NCBI GenBank assembly: GCA_021432655.1 | Contig: MU271223.1 | Coordinates: 109,675-129,674, forward strand | Direction of reading: 5' to 3' | Source of the DNA: Atractiella rhizophila | Taxonomy: Eukaryota | DNA: 20,000 nt | In this document: in pieces, positions 19,199 through 20,000 of the stretch | Position numbering within the stretch: the stretch's first letter is position 1 | How the letters are laid out: the number at the start of each line of letters is the position of its first letter | The notes under the pieces: model-generated | What the model was told of the DNA's origin: nothing | What the model saw: the letters and a program-made list of their open reading frames with translations, nothing else | Database searches by the model: none | Translations under genes and position numbers: made by a program

Positions 19199-19869
19199 AT
19201 GTTTGCAGGCGACAACGACAGCATCTACGATCCCCGCGGCTCAGTCTACGCCCTCGACCTCTCCACAGGGGGCAACTCCTCCTCCCGCCTCTCGTCCTAC
19301 CCAACTCCCCCGGCGTCCCTCCGTCTCGCCCAGCGTCAGGCTCAACAGCACACTCGCTCGCAGCAGGCGGACCAAGCGTTGGCGGACGAGAGGCTGAAGA
19401 GCGATCTCCCGCTGAGCGATCCGAGGCATCCGGCTAATAACCCGCTGCATCCGTCCCTGTCGACGAAGAGGAAACAACGGATCTTGCATTCTACCCCCAA
19501 CAATGCCACCAACGGCACACAGCCAGCGAGTCAGACGGCGAGGAGGGAATCGTCCGCTTCGACCCTTGGAGCGTCGGATGAGGAGGAGAGGTTGGCACAG
19601 GAGAGGATGCAGAGGGAGAGGAGATGAGGGCGAGGAGTATGTGGAGGAATGAGAGGGATTTTGGGTGGAGCGATTCCGCGGGTGGCGTGAGGAGCGGCAG
19701 GGAAGGGATCGGGAATGAAGGCGTCGAAGAGGCTGGCGGAGGCGGGTTGAGGAGGTGGATGAGCGTGGGTGGGGAGAGGAGAGGCAGGGGTAACGCCAAC
19801 AGTGAGTCTTTACTTGCTTTTGCTGGTGGATTGCTCCAAAGAGTCAGCGGATGCATAAATTCATCCTGA
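19199..19869 (+). CDS. Hypothetical protein with an apparent frameshift near 19620; may continue after a GTGAGT donor at 19802
   Basis: The GC-rich, coding-like 142-aa ORF (19199-19627) is followed by an overlapping 81-aa ORF (19624-19869) of continuous composition. No family recognised. Confidence 0.4.
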
Positions 19870-20000
19870 ATACTCGACACGCTCTAAGAGCCAGCCCGTT
19901 GAAAACTCGACGCGCCGCTTTGACTAGAATGTTGTGTGTGACGTCCACATGCAAGTCAACGCAAAGAATAACATGGTTCCTGCGTTCCCTCGATCAAGCA

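Overview
Eukaryotic, intron-rich DNA; the 42-63 nt GT/GC-AG introns suggest a fungus, probably a basidiomycete (inference). From left to right: (1) a 5-exon THOC1/Hpr1 gene (271-3387, +). (2) A many-exon + strand gene (3566 to ~7237) that the ORF track shows only as fragments; after manual splicing it resembles a SYCP2/Red1/Rec10-type meiotic axis core protein. (3) An apparently young, intact Ty1/copia LTR retrotransposon on the - strand (7242-16036) with 258-bp LTRs differing at one base, a PBS, a PPT and one 2665-aa Gag-PR-IN-RT-RH ORF. (4) A spliced hypothetical gene on the - strand (16301 to ~17707). (5) A hypothetical + strand gene with a probable frameshift (19199 to ~19870). The element has several odd features: an in-frame 2013-bp tandem duplication giving two zinc knuckles and two proteases, no target-site duplication, an insertion site at the 3' end of the putative meiotic gene (possibly inside an intron), and LTRs containing a 39-bp direct repeat whose 64-nt period matches a GT-AG intron-like unit. 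All homology calls come from recognised motifs; no searches were run.
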